A DNA stretch of 62,161 nt, filler included. It is 6 parts of 6 records of this genome, joined end to end, with 100 filler letters (N's around TTAATTAATTAA, not from the genome) between each part and the next. Parts side by side here need not be neighbours in the genome. Positions count along the whole stretch, not along the records: positions 1 to 24,825 come from DRR723986_18167; 5 more parts are not named here. One strand, given 5' to 3'. The stretch's first letter is position 1. Each line of letters starts with the position of its first letter. The notes under the pieces were generated by a model. The model was given only the letters and a program-made list of their open reading frames with translations. It did not search any database and was not told where the DNA came from. Both the position numbers and the translations under genes were made by a program. Below, in pieces: positions 9,681 to 20,156 of the stretch.

Positions 9681-11399
9681 ATGTCAAAGAAAAAACTCCG
9701 GAGCCAAGATTGGTACGGACGCACAGGAAAAGACGGAATTATCTATCGTTCCTGGATGAAAAACCAAGGATTTCCTCACCACCTTTTTGAAGGAGACAAG
9801 CCTGTAATCGGAATATGCAATACTTGGTCCGAGCTTACTCCCTGCAACGCACATTTTAGAGATCTAGCAGAAGCGCTGAAGCGCGGCATCTGGGAAGCCG
9901 GTGGGTTTCCACTTGAATTCCCCGTTATGTCATTAGGTGAGTGTTCTGTCAAACCTACTGCCATGCTTTTCAGGAATCTGGCCAGCATGGATGTGGAAGA
10001 AAGTATCCGAGCAAATCCTATGGACGGCGTGGTTCTCATGTGTGGATGTGATAAAACCACTCCATCCCTAGTTATGGGAGCGGCATCCGTTGATATTCCT
10101 TCTATTGTTCTTTCTGGAGGACCGATGTTAGTCGGTCGTTATAAAGGAAAAAAAATCGGAACATCAGATATCTGGCGATTTGCCGAAGAGTTCAAACTCG
10201 GAAAAATGACCCAAGATGATATGATAGAAGCTGAAGCATCTATGTCTCGCTCAGTGGGGCATTGCGCACCTATGGGTACAGCATCTACTATGGCTGCCAT
10301 GGTCGAATCACTTGGCCTCTCACTTCCAGATAATGCAACGATCCCAGCGGCCGATTCCAGACGAAAAGTCCTTGCTCACATGACCGGTATGCGGATCGTA
10401 GAAATGGTGAATGAGGACTTGAAAATGAGCAAAATCCTCACTCGCAAAGCTTTTGAAAATTCCATTATGGTGAATGCAGCTTTGGGGGGATCAACCAATT
10501 TCATCTTGCACCTCACTGCGATCGCCAAGAGAATCGGAGTAGATGTTGACTTGACTGATTTTGATAAATTTTCGTCGATGATTCCGCTGATTGCTAATGT
10601 GCAGCCATCCGGCGAGCACTGGGTAGAAGACCTATTTTATGCTGGAGGCCTCCCGGCAGTAATGAAAGAAATAGAAAAATATTTGCATCTCGGAGAAATC
10701 ACAGCAAATGGTAAATCTATCGGAGAAAACTTTTCTAAAGCTCAATGCTACGATAGAAATCTAATTGGGACTTTCGAAAATCCAATTAAACCAGACTCAG
10801 GAATCGCAGTGCTGAAAGGAAATCTTTGTCCAAATGGTGCTGTCATCAAGCCCTCGGCAGCCACTCCTAGCCTATTGACCCATACAGGTCGAGCTGTTGT
10901 TTTTAATGATATTGATGATTACAAAGCTAGAATTGATACTCCGGAGCTGGATATAGATGAAAACTGCATCATGGTAATGAAAAACGTTGGACCAAAAGGC
11001 TATCCTGGAATGCCGGAAGTTGGCAATATGGGATTACCTCAAAAACTCCTTGCCAAGGGTGTCAAAGATATGGTCCGCATTTCAGATGGAAGAATGAGTG
11101 GAACAGGTTATGGTACCGTAGTACTCCATGTATCGCCTGAGTCAGCTATCGGCGGACCATTGGCATTAGTCCAAACTGGAGATATGATTGAGCTAAATGT
11201 CCCTGCTAGAACCTTAAACCTGATGATTTCTGATGAAGAATTTGCAAAGAGAAAAGCAGAATTTAAACCACTTAATTTGCCATATGAGCGTGGTTATGTC
11301 AATCTATTTTTAGATAAAGTCAACCAAGCTCATGAAGGTGTAGATTTTGACTTCCTCCAAGGCAGTTCAGGCTCAGAAGTGAAACGGGATTCTCATTAA
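9681..11399 (+). CDS. IlvD/Edd family dehydratase (sugar-acid dehydratase type, L-arabinonate dehydratase-like)
   Basis: PCNAH, GCDKTTP, GHCAPMGTA, GGSTN, GPKGYPGMPE, SDGRMSGT, C-terminal DSH. Confidence 0.88.
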   Translation: MSKKKLRSQDWYGRTGKDGIIYRSWMKNQGFPHHLFEGDKPVIGICNTWSELTPCNAHFRDLAEALKRGIWEAGGFPLEFPVMSLGECSVKPTAMLFRNLASMDVEESIRANPMDGVVLMCGCDKTTPSLVMGAASVDIPSIVLSGGPMLVGRYKGKKIGTSDIWRFAEEFKLGKMTQDDMIEAEASMSRSVGHCAPMGTASTMAAMVESLGLSLPDNATIPAADSRRKVLAHMTGMRIVEMVNEDLKMSKILTRKAFENSIMVNAALGGSTNFILHLTAIAKRIGVDVDLTDFDKFSSMIPLIANVQPSGEHWVEDLFYAGGLPAVMKEIEKYLHLGEITANGKSIGENFSKAQCYDRNLIGTFENPIKPDSGIAVLKGNLCPNGAVIKPSAATPSLLTHTGRAVVFNDIDDYKARIDTPELDIDENCIMVMKNVGPKGYPGMPEVGNMGLPQKLLAKGVKDMVRISDGRMSGTGYGTVVLHVSPESAIGGPLALVQTGDMIELNVPARTLNLMISDEEFAKRKAEFKPLNLPYERGYVNLFLDKVNQAHEGVDFDFLQGSSGSEVKRDSH

Positions 11400-11400
11400 A

Positions 11401-12162
11401 ATGAAACCCAGAAAAACCGCTATAATCACCGGAGCAGGTCAGGGAATTGGATTAGCAATTGCCGAAAAACTTGCTTCCCTAAGCGTGAATATCATTATTA
11501 ATGACCTTGAAGAAGGACTCATTGCTGAAGCCTGCAAGAGAATTAGTAGTGCTCACGGGGTACATGCCATTGCTATTGCCGGAGATTCTAGTGCTGAGGA
11601 AGTGATAGAAGAATTGATACAGACAGCCATAACCAATTTCGGTTCGGTTGATATTGTAATAGCTAATTCAGGGATCACATTATTTGGACCGTTCTTGGAG
11701 TATTCCAGAGCAGATTTTATGGAAGTGACTAGAGTAAATCAACTAGGCACTTTCTTCCTAGCTCAGGCTGCTGCCAAGGTGATGAAAGAGCAGGTAAATG
11801 GTGGAGTTTTGCTTTTCACCTCTTCGGTCACAGCACATCAAAGCCATGAAAATCTCGCTGCCTATGCAATGAGTAAGGCGGCGATAGAAATGCTCGCCAA
11901 GAACTTAGTACTCGAGCTTGCTCCATTTAAAATCCGAGTAAACACCATCGCTCCAGGGGCGACAGTTACTAACCGGACAAAACTCGACCCAGAATACGAA
12001 AACACTTGGTCAGAAATCACACCACTAGGTAAGCCGGCTCTAGCACAAGATATTGCTAATGCAGCAGCGTTTTTGGTTTCAGACGAAGCAAATCATATCA
12101 CTGGACAAACACTCATTATTGACGGTGGCTGGACAAGTGTAAGCCCATCGCCCTATGCCTGA
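11401..12162 (+). CDS. SDR family oxidoreductase
   Basis: TGAGQGIG, YAMSK (YxxxK), VNTIAPG, ITGQTLIIDGG. Confidence 0.92.
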   Translation: MKPRKTAIITGAGQGIGLAIAEKLASLSVNIIINDLEEGLIAEACKRISSAHGVHAIAIAGDSSAEEVIEELIQTAITNFGSVDIVIANSGITLFGPFLEYSRADFMEVTRVNQLGTFFLAQAAAKVMKEQVNGGVLLFTSSVTAHQSHENLAAYAMSKAAIEMLAKNLVLELAPFKIRVNTIAPGATVTNRTKLDPEYENTWSEITPLGKPALAQDIANAAAFLVSDEANHITGQTLIIDGGWTSVSPSPYA

Positions 12163-12829
12163 AAATCACCAAATATCTTTAAAGAATCAGAAACTTTATA
12201 AAAAAGCGTCTGCACCATGGGAATTAGAGGGTGAAGGAATTATTTTGGTTTATAAATTTTCAGAAAAATGGTTGGAGAATCACGGAGATTTACCCGATCA
12301 TTTGAAAGGCAACTTTAAAGGAGGTTTGGGTTACCTGATGTTAGTTAATTATAAATCCTCCCCAGTAGGACCATACAAGGAACTGCTTTTCATACCAGGG
12401 AAATTTTCACTTTATAATAAGCAGTCAATTACCAAAATCTATGTGAGTACAGAAGTAAGTACTCAAAATGGCCGGTCAAATTGGGGAATCCCAAAGCAGA
12501 CTTTAGCAATTTCTTGGGAGAAAAATAAGGGTAAGGAACTGATTCAGGTAACGGACGGTGACAAAATTGCTTTCTCCTGCGAAGTGAATTTTGGTGGAAT
12601 TCCTTTTCCACTTTCAACAAGTTTTTTACCAATAGATCTACATCAGCGTTGGGATGGGGTAGATTTCTTTACGAAGCCTTCCGGTCATGGATGGGGAAAG
12701 CTTGCCAAAGTTAAAAATATAAATAGCGACCCAGATTACTTTCCTGATCTTACTTCTAAGAAACCATTGTTCGCAGTAAAAATCAGCCCTTTTCATATCG
12801 AATTCCCTAAAGCGAAGTATGCTGTATAA
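12155..12829 (+). CDS. acetoacetate decarboxylase-like family protein
   Basis: YKSSPVGPYKEL, IYVS and GRSNWGIPK (Schiff-base Lys region) patterns. Confidence 0.7.
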   Translation: MPENHQISLKNQKLYKKASAPWELEGEGIILVYKFSEKWLENHGDLPDHLKGNFKGGLGYLMLVNYKSSPVGPYKELLFIPGKFSLYNKQSITKIYVSTEVSTQNGRSNWGIPKQTLAISWEKNKGKELIQVTDGDKIAFSCEVNFGGIPFPLSTSFLPIDLHQRWDGVDFFTKPSGHGWGKLAKVKNINSDPDYFPDLTSKKPLFAVKISPFHIEFPKAKYAV

Positions 12830-13610
12830 ACCATTTACAGAAGCTCATATTATTGTCACTGGTGCTGCTTCTGGGATAGGGAAATCACTCGTAAGGCAGT
12901 TAACACCTTCCAATCCTGAGATTCTGGCAGTCGATTTTGACTTGGCAGGTTTGGAGAAATTGAAACGTGAACTTCCAAAGCTCCATATTCTACAAGCTGA
13001 CCTTGCTGACAAATCTGGCAATGAAAAGATTTTAGAATGGGTCTCCTCTAGGTGGGAACGAGTGGATTTTTTCTTTGCAAATGCCGGAAAAGCTCAGTTT
13101 GCTCCAGCAGAGAATCAAAACTGGAAAGAAATGGATCGCCTTTTCCAACTCAATGTCCACAGTCCGATTCAAATTGGAATGGCAATTCGAGAGCTTTTCC
13201 CTGGCGCAAAATTTCGTCTAATCATTACCGCTTCGGCCATGTCATTCTGGACTATTCCAGGTTACAGTTTGTATGCGGCTACTAAATCCGCTTTACTACA
13301 ATGGGCTCGAACCGTATGGCTGGAGAAAAAAGGACACTGGCTCACCTTAGTTTTCCCCATTGCAACTAAAACCCAGTTCTTTGAATCTGCTGGCAAGGAT
13401 ATTCCAATGGCTTACCCCATACAATCCCCCAGCTGGGTAGCTACGGTGATTCTGAGAGGAACAGCCAAGGGAAAGAAAAGAATCTTCCCCTCTCCCCTTT
13501 TTCTCAGTATGCTGGTTTTAAATCGATTTCTGAGATTCATCAGAACCCTATATCAACGCTTTGAATACCAGAAGTATAAAAAGTGGCTAAAAAAACAATC
13601 TGAAACTTAA
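12819..13610 (+). CDS. SDR family oxidoreductase
   Basis: TGAASGIG, ANAG, YAATK. Confidence 0.88.
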   Translation: MLYKPFTEAHIIVTGAASGIGKSLVRQLTPSNPEILAVDFDLAGLEKLKRELPKLHILQADLADKSGNEKILEWVSSRWERVDFFFANAGKAQFAPAENQNWKEMDRLFQLNVHSPIQIGMAIRELFPGAKFRLIITASAMSFWTIPGYSLYAATKSALLQWARTVWLEKKGHWLTLVFPIATKTQFFESAGKDIPMAYPIQSPSWVATVILRGTAKGKKRIFPSPLFLSMLVLNRFLRFIRTLYQRFEYQKYKKWLKKQSET

Positions 13611-13639
13611 GTCTGTTAACTTTATAAAAAACCAACGCC

Positions 13640-14299
13640 ATGAAAAATTTTCTTTGTGCTCTTCTAGTGGTCTGCGCACTGCAGGCATGCCAACCTAAAG
13701 AAACAATACCAGACACCTTGCCTATGAAAGTGGCGATGGCGTATGGTTTCGACAAGTTTGATGAGGTCAATTCCATCGCCTATACCTGGAATGTACAGCG
13801 TGACTCGGTGAATGTACTTTCCCGTGATTGGAAATGGAATATCAAGGACAATACGGTCTATTATTCAGGCACGGATACCACATTTACCTATAGCCTAGCA
13901 TCTGATTCTTTACCTGATAAGGATTCTGGATTTGTGAATGATAAGTATTGGTTCATGATGCCATTCCAACTGGCTTGGGACACAGGTTATACTTATGAAA
14001 CAGAGGAAAATATTCCGACTCCGATAAAAGGGACAAATTCTACTAAACTGACCATACGCTATGGTTCTGGCGAAGCCAAATCTCCGGGAATGGGATATAC
14101 ACCGGGAGATGCCTATGATTTGTATTTAGATGAAAACCATAAAATTTTAGAATGGACTTTTAGAAGAGGGAATGGAGCAGAAGGAAGAACCTGGACGTGG
14201 GAAAACGAGGAAAAATTCGGCCCAATTACACTTATCAAAGACCATATGGGACCAGATGGTAATCGGTTTATTTGGTTCACAAATATCTCTGTGAATTAA
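13640..14299 (+). CDS. conserved hypothetical lipoprotein
   Basis: Signal peptide II with lipobox LQAC; 'FVNDKYW..PF' and 'GYTPGDAY' motifs. Confidence 0.7.
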   Translation: MKNFLCALLVVCALQACQPKETIPDTLPMKVAMAYGFDKFDEVNSIAYTWNVQRDSVNVLSRDWKWNIKDNTVYYSGTDTTFTYSLASDSLPDKDSGFVNDKYWFMMPFQLAWDTGYTYETEENIPTPIKGTNSTKLTIRYGSGEAKSPGMGYTPGDAYDLYLDENHKILEWTFRRGNGAEGRTWTWENEEKFGPITLIKDHMGPDGNRFIWFTNISVN

Positions 14300-14322
14300 T
14301 TCTAATAAAGATCTTATTACCT

Positions 14323-14352
14323 AGCCGTTTGTATCAAGCAAACGGCTTTTTT
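14323..14352 (+). terminator. intrinsic terminator
   Basis: AGCCGTTTG-loop-CAAACGGCT followed by a T-run. Confidence 0.75.
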
Positions 14353-14553
14353 ATGGCTTTTCCTGATTGTAATAAATTACAACTCAAACTTTTCGTCCAT
14401 TCTCCTAATAGCCGAGTAAAAGAACCCGCCTCAAAAATCGCAGTTCCCTTTTGAGTGCAAATTGAAAAGCAATCCGTTGGCGGCTTATTCAAAGCAGACT
14501 AAAAGATAATTGTTGGCTAAAGTGTAAATAGCTTCATCGGAAAAGTATTAAAG

Positions 14554-14727
14554 GCTCCATTTCTTCAAGTGCTGGGTACGATGAAGTCTTGCTCCAATGA
14601 ACAAAAAGTGGCAGGTATAACCCCTACTAGGTGGGCGATGCGAATGGTGATCCCGAAAGCAATAGAGTTGAAGGTAAATTTCATCATCGCCCTCGAACCT
14701 ACTTTTTATAGTCATATGGATGAGACT
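14554..14727 (+). pseudogene. degenerate fragment of a Nif3-like dinuclear metal-centre protein
   Basis: APFLQVLGTMKS..VAGI..VIPKAIELKVNFIIALEPTFYSHMDET resembles the Nif3 'KAI...NFIIxHEPTFYxHxDET' segment, with the His ligand replaced by Leu and no recognisable continuation. Confidence 0.55.
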
Positions 14728-14960
14728 GCCAGTGAGGAAGCCGGATCTGAGTGTATGGATCAAAAAGAATATTTCAGGAGCTCCTGTAGCGCATATACTT
14801 CAATTGGAATTTCCTTAAAATGCGGAGAATCTATAAAATGTGGATCGAAGACGGCACACCAAAGTTTGTACCCCTTTCAAAAACCACTATTAAACAGATT
14901 GATTTATGCTATATTTGAAAAGAGTGACATATAAAATCCTAATAGGCAATACTATTTTCA

Positions 14961-15407
14961 ATGAGCTTAGGCCCCATTAATCTTTTACTCGCTGATGATG
15001 ACGTAGATGATCGATTCTTTTTTGAAGATTCTCTCTCAAGGTTACCTATCGAAACGAATCTTACTACAGTCACAAACGGCGTAGAGTTAATGACCCTGCT
15101 TATGACTTCCGAGGACAAGTTGCCTGATGTGGTTTTTCTTGATTTGAATATGCCCTTGAAATCAGGTTTTGAATGCCTCGGCGAACTAATGGCGGATGAA
15201 AAATTCCGAAATTTGCCTATTATAATATATTCCACTTCAATGGATGAGCCAATAGTGAACTCTCTATATGATATTGGCGCATTTCGTTATATCAGGAAAC
15301 CTGCCGAATATTCTAAACTGAAAGATGTGATATGTAAGGGACTTACCTCTTTGGCTAACAAATCCGAGAAACCCACCAAAGACAATTTTGTAATCCAATC
15401 TCATTAA
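14961..15407 (+). CDS. single-domain response regulator (REC only)
   Basis: LLADDD, FLDLNMP (phospho-Asp), YST, RKP. Confidence 0.92.
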   Translation: MSLGPINLLLADDDVDDRFFFEDSLSRLPIETNLTTVTNGVELMTLLMTSEDKLPDVVFLDLNMPLKSGFECLGELMADEKFRNLPIIIYSTSMDEPIVNSLYDIGAFRYIRKPAEYSKLKDVICKGLTSLANKSEKPTKDNFVIQSH

Positions 15408-15413
15408 TAAGCT

Positions 15414-17843
15414 ATGATTGAGCAAGGTTCAGCTATCGCTTCATTTCCAATAGGAGGCGGTGAAATGGGTCAATTGATCCGTGAAAAGGATTGGAGTAAA
15501 ACCTCTCTAGGTGACTCCAGCTTTTGGCAACAAAGTTTAAAAACGACACTTAACATCCTCCTATATTCTAAATTCCCAAAGTTTCTTTGGTGGGGACCAG
15601 AATTACTTTGTTTCTATAACGATGCTTACAGACCAAGCTTAGGCAGAGATGGAAAGCACCCTTCAATTCTTGGCATGCCTGGGGAAGAAGCCTGGCCGGA
15701 GATCTGGGAAACTATCAAGCCACTCATGGATCAAGTGCTGGAAGGGGGAGAATCCCTATATTTTGAGAATCTACTAGTCCCGATTCATCGAAATGGTCAT
15801 ATGGAAGATGCATACTGGACGTTTAGTTATAGCCCTGCGTGGGATGATAGTGGGATAATATGTGGCGTAATAGTCACCTGCGCTGAAACTACCCAAGAGG
15901 TTTTTTTGAAACGAAAACTGGAAAGTAGTGAACGTAAACTCAGGCTAATTATTCAGCAGGCACCTGCATCCATTGCGACTTTTATGGGGCCAGAATACCA
16001 TACGGATATCGCTAATACCAACGCGCTTAACATGTGGGGAAGAAAAGCGGAAGAGGTCATGAATAAGCCGATTCTTGAAATTTTACCTGAACTCGAAAAA
16101 CAGGGAATTAAGGGACTATTGGATGAGGTATACAAAACCGGAAATCGTTTTGCTGCATCTGAACTACCAGTTAAACTTTTGCGGGATGGGGAATTAAAAA
16201 CTAGCTATATCAGCTTTAGCTATGAAGCCCTTTATGATGAAAGTGGTGAAATAAATGGGATCATCAGTATTGGACATGATGTGACTGAGCAAGTCATTGC
16301 TCATAAGAAAATAGAAGCGAGTGAAGAGAAACTCACTATGGTCATTGATGCTTCAGAGCTCGGGACCTTCGACTTTAATGTTAAAAATAAAATCCTGGAT
16401 GGTTCAGACAGACTTCATGAGATTTTTGGACTCGCCCCTGGTTCAAATATTCACCATGAAGACTTTGTGAGAAATATCCACCCAAAGGATCTGAAGGTTA
16501 GACAAGCTGCTTTTGAAAGAGCATTCATTAGTGGAAATTTAGAGTATACTAGTCGGGTCATCACAAATGGAAACCAAATTAAATGGATCGAGGTAAAAGG
16601 AAGGGTCCATTTCGACAAAAAAAATAACCCGGAAAAAGTAATAGGAACGGTAAGAGACATCACTGCAGAAAAATTAAATATCCAAAAACTCGAGGAGAGT
16701 GAGCAGAAATTCAGGCTTTTGGCAAACTCACTTCCTCAGCATATTTGGACTGCTGATAACGAAGGCAACATAAATTATTTTAACAAATCTGTTTATGATT
16801 TCTCAGGATATTCTCCCGAGCGACTTGAGGAAGAAGGGTGGATAGCTATCGTGCATCCAGATGATAGAGCAGGAAATATAAAAGCTTGGTCAGATTCAAT
16901 ATCCACAGGAAAAGACTTTTTATTTGAGCATAGGTTCCGCAAATATGACGGCACTTACAGATGGCAGCTTAGCAGAGCTAAACCTCAACTGAATGAAGAT
17001 GGAGAAATTCAAATGTGGGTAGGTTCAAGCACTGATATTCATGATCAAAAAGAATTCATGAATGAACTGGAAAAACTAGTTGTCGAACGCACAGACGAAC
17101 TCGCCAAGAAGGTAAAAGATCTAGCAAGTATGAATAAAGAGCTTCAATCTTTTGCCTACATTTCTAGTCATGATTTACAGGAGCCGCTTCGTAAAATCCA
17201 GACTTTCTCTACTCTCCTCCTTGAACAAGAATATGAAAACCTCACTGAGCAAGGGAAAGAATTTTTCAAACGAATGCAAAGCGCTGCTCAGCGAATGCAA
17301 AACTTAATCAGTGATTTACTTGCCTACTCCAGAACGAGCATTTCCGAACGTAAGTATGAACCTACGGATCTAAACAAATTAATAGTGGAGGTTAAGATGG
17401 ATTTGAAGGAGGAATTAGCTGCGCATAATGCCACTGTAGAGTCAGATGAACTTTGTACCCTGGATATCATCCCTTTTCAGTTTCGGCAGTTACTTCAAAA
17501 CCTCATCAGCAACTCCTTGAAGTTTGCGGTAAAGAATCGGGCCCCTATCATCAGCATCAAGAGCGAAAAAAGAAAAGGCAGAGAAATTGAAGCTGAATTT
17601 CTTTCGCCAGATATTAACTATTGCCACATCCGTATATCCGATAACGGAATTGGGTTTGAAGATCAATATAAAGAGAGGATATTCGAATTGTTTCAGAGAC
17701 TAAATGGAAAGGATAAATACCAAGGAACTGGAATAGGCTTGGCGATAGTGAAAAAAATCGTTGAAAATCACAATGGATACATAGCCGCACACGGCAAGCC
17801 TGACCAGGGAGCTACATTTGATATTTACCTTCCGGAAAGTTAA
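15414..17843 (+). CDS. cytoplasmic multi-PAS sensor histidine kinase
   Basis: Several PAS/PAC repeats (HPKD, HPDD, DVT/DIT/DIH), H-box SHDLQEPLRKI, NLISNSLKF, DNGIG, GTGIGL; no transmembrane segment seen. Confidence 0.93.
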   Translation: MIEQGSAIASFPIGGGEMGQLIREKDWSKTSLGDSSFWQQSLKTTLNILLYSKFPKFLWWGPELLCFYNDAYRPSLGRDGKHPSILGMPGEEAWPEIWETIKPLMDQVLEGGESLYFENLLVPIHRNGHMEDAYWTFSYSPAWDDSGIICGVIVTCAETTQEVFLKRKLESSERKLRLIIQQAPASIATFMGPEYHTDIANTNALNMWGRKAEEVMNKPILEILPELEKQGIKGLLDEVYKTGNRFAASELPVKLLRDGELKTSYISFSYEALYDESGEINGIISIGHDVTEQVIAHKKIEASEEKLTMVIDASELGTFDFNVKNKILDGSDRLHEIFGLAPGSNIHHEDFVRNIHPKDLKVRQAAFERAFISGNLEYTSRVITNGNQIKWIEVKGRVHFDKKNNPEKVIGTVRDITAEKLNIQKLEESEQKFRLLANSLPQHIWTADNEGNINYFNKSVYDFSGYSPERLEEEGWIAIVHPDDRAGNIKAWSDSISTGKDFLFEHRFRKYDGTYRWQLSRAKPQLNEDGEIQMWVGSSTDIHDQKEFMNELEKLVVERTDELAKKVKDLASMNKELQSFAYISSHDLQEPLRKIQTFSTLLLEQEYENLTEQGKEFFKRMQSAAQRMQNLISDLLAYSRTSISERKYEPTDLNKLIVEVKMDLKEELAAHNATVESDELCTLDIIPFQFRQLLQNLISNSLKFAVKNRAPIISIKSEKRKGREIEAEFLSPDINYCHIRISDNGIGFEDQYKERIFELFQRLNGKDKYQGTGIGLAIVKKIVENHNGYIAAHGKPDQGATFDIYLPES

Positions 17844-18004
17844 TCTGACATGGGTAGTTTATAGGAAAACAGGCTTGTAGATACAAATCATTTTTGGGGA
17901 ATTGCTTCCCTAATGTCTTGACCTTTAGCAAATACGTATTTGTATTTTCTTGCTATATTACTTTTTACAAGATATCAAGACACAGTATCCCAACCCAATA
18001 ACCC

Positions 18005-19549
18005 ATGAAGGCGAAAATATTTATACTACTTTTTTTTCTCCTAATTATCCTCAGAGTAGAAGCTCAGGATGGCTATAAATACGGCCCAAACTCAGAAGTC
18101 TATGAGACTATTCCTAAAGGAACTGTAACAAAACATTCTTGGGAAAGCACCACATTTCCAAACACAATCCGGGATTACTACATCTACATTCCGGCGCAAT
18201 ATGAAGCTTCCCAGCCCGCTGCGTTGATGATTTTTCAGGACGGACATGCTTATGTCAATTCAGAAGGAGATTTCAAAGTTCCTACCGTTTTTGACAACCT
18301 CATTGCTCAAGGAAAGATGCCAGTTACCATTGGACTTTTCATCAATCCTGGCCACAATAAAAGTCTACCAGAACCGGAAAACCCTTGGAGAGCAAGTAAT
18401 AGGAGTTTGGAGTACGATGACATGTCCTCGACATACAGTGATTTCTTGTTGAACGAAATGATTCCTGAATTAAAGATGAGTTATAATATCGCAGATGATC
18501 CAAAAATGCGAGCTATTGCGGGACTTTCTTCTGGGGCAATCTGCGCCTTCAGTGCAGCTTGGTTTCATCCGGAATCTTTTCATAAGGTACTCAGTCACTA
18601 TGGAAGTTTCACAGACATCCGAGGAGGACATAATTACCCGCCGATGATCCGCAAAACCGATAAGAAAGACATAAAGGTTTTCATGCAAGACGGCTCATCC
18701 GATTTAAACAATCACTATGGAAACTGGTGGCTAGCCAACCTACAAATGGAATCAGCACTAAAATTCAAAGACTATGAGTATGAGTTCGTTGGAGGCACAG
18801 GAGGTCATAACGGGAATCATTCCGGTTCGATTTTACCGGAATCACTAGCTTGGCTCTGGAGTGATGTGGTGCCAAAAAGGGTCGTTTCTCAGGTATATTC
18901 TTATCCTTCAGGGAATACTGACACGCTTCTTATGGAAGGAGAAACCATGCATCTTGACGATATGGTTTTTTCAGTGAATTTCATTAAGCCATCAGCACAG
19001 AAAACCTTCTTAAACGCCAAGAAAGAGCAAATTTTGATAATCAAGGAAGGTGAAGTAAAAGCAACTTTGAATGGCAAATCCAAAACACTCGGCGCAAACA
19101 GTGTGGTAGTCCTTATGCCTGGCGACCAAGCGAAGTTTACAAGCACATCGGAAGGCGCGGCATATTTCCAGATGGCATATACTTCAAAGGATATTGATAT
19201 GAAGCGTGGAAAAAAGGCCGGATCAGAGATATTTGATTACAGCGAACTAGAATTTAAAGAACATGATCGCGGGGGAATTAGGGATTACTTTCACCGAGAA
19301 ACTTCCATGTGTCCGTACTACGAAATGCACATGACAAATCTGAATCCTGGTATAAAAAGCCATGAACCTCATACCCACCTAGCCACAGAAATAGTCATCA
19401 TGATAGAAGGCGAGACAGAAATGGAAATTGGTAATCAGAAATACCTGGGAAAAGCTGGAGATGTATATTTCCTAGGCTCATCCGTGCCCCATGCGATTCG
19501 AAATACTGGAAATGAGCAAACGAGGTATCTGGCATTTCAATGGAATTAA
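18005..19549 (+). CDS. secreted Fes-like alpha/beta-hydrolase (esterase) fused to a C-terminal bicupin
   Basis: Signal peptide; RDYYIYIPAQY, FQDG, nucleophile elbow GLSSGA and GGHNG in the N-half; cupin motif HEPHTH..E..H in the C-half. Confidence 0.75.
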   Translation: MKAKIFILLFFLLIILRVEAQDGYKYGPNSEVYETIPKGTVTKHSWESTTFPNTIRDYYIYIPAQYEASQPAALMIFQDGHAYVNSEGDFKVPTVFDNLIAQGKMPVTIGLFINPGHNKSLPEPENPWRASNRSLEYDDMSSTYSDFLLNEMIPELKMSYNIADDPKMRAIAGLSSGAICAFSAAWFHPESFHKVLSHYGSFTDIRGGHNYPPMIRKTDKKDIKVFMQDGSSDLNNHYGNWWLANLQMESALKFKDYEYEFVGGTGGHNGNHSGSILPESLAWLWSDVVPKRVVSQVYSYPSGNTDTLLMEGETMHLDDMVFSVNFIKPSAQKTFLNAKKEQILIIKEGEVKATLNGKSKTLGANSVVVLMPGDQAKFTSTSEGAAYFQMAYTSKDIDMKRGKKAGSEIFDYSELEFKEHDRGGIRDYFHRETSMCPYYEMHMTNLNPGIKSHEPHTHLATEIVIMIEGETEMEIGNQKYLGKAGDVYFLGSSVPHAIRNTGNEQTRYLAFQWN

Positions 19550-19730
19550 ATTTAAAGAACAACGCTAAACCAAATCCCATACTTAGTGTAAAAGACCGCA
19601 CCTCAGATCCAAACAAATACCTCAAAAGCGAAACATAGCTCCTAGTAAAATGAATAGCTCAGACCTCAAGCCGGCAATCCATATAACTTGAGTATATTAA
19701 ATACTTTCAATCAACCCGTTCCTCACGAAC

Positions 19731-20156
19731 ATGAAAAAAGCAGCTCAGATTATTATCGCCTTTGCCACATTTGTCGCTGTATTCTATTTTACTTTTTGGA
19801 TTTACGGCGCTATTATCTCAATTTTTTTCGATTCAGATCCTCCGAAATGGGCAATGGTAATTTCGAGCATTGCAAGTTTTATTACAGCAGGCTATCTAGC
19901 ATATAGTGTTTGGAATAAACAAACCAACAAGATGCCACGTCTAGGATCTTACATACTCGGTGGAGCACTCGGGCTAGGTGTAGTAGGCTTCGTACTAGGA
20001 TTTTTTGGCCCTTTGATTTTTACCCCTGAAGCCAACCAAGGTCCTTTACTTGGTATTCTTATTACGGGTCCAGGTGGTATGGCACTGGGTGCCATAGCAG
20101 GCTCCATTTATTGGAAAGTAAAAAAAAGAAAAGCTATTAAACCTGCACAAAATTGA
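19731..20156 (+). CDS. hypothetical membrane protein (about 4 TM)
   Basis: Hydrophobic helices; GFFGPLIFTPEANQGPLLGILITGP motif. Confidence 0.7.
   Translation: MKKAAQIIIAFATFVAVFYFTFWIYGAIISIFFDSDPPKWAMVISSIASFITAGYLAYSVWNKQTNKMPRLGSYILGGALGLGVVGFVLGFFGPLIFTPEANQGPLLGILITGPGGMALGAIAGSIYWKVKKRKAIKPAQN

Noticed and set aside
14961-17843. REC + multi-PAS kinase as a photoreceptor system
   Set aside because: No phytochrome GAF/PHY or LOV (GxNCRFLQ) motif was seen. It is a common Bacteroidota architecture.
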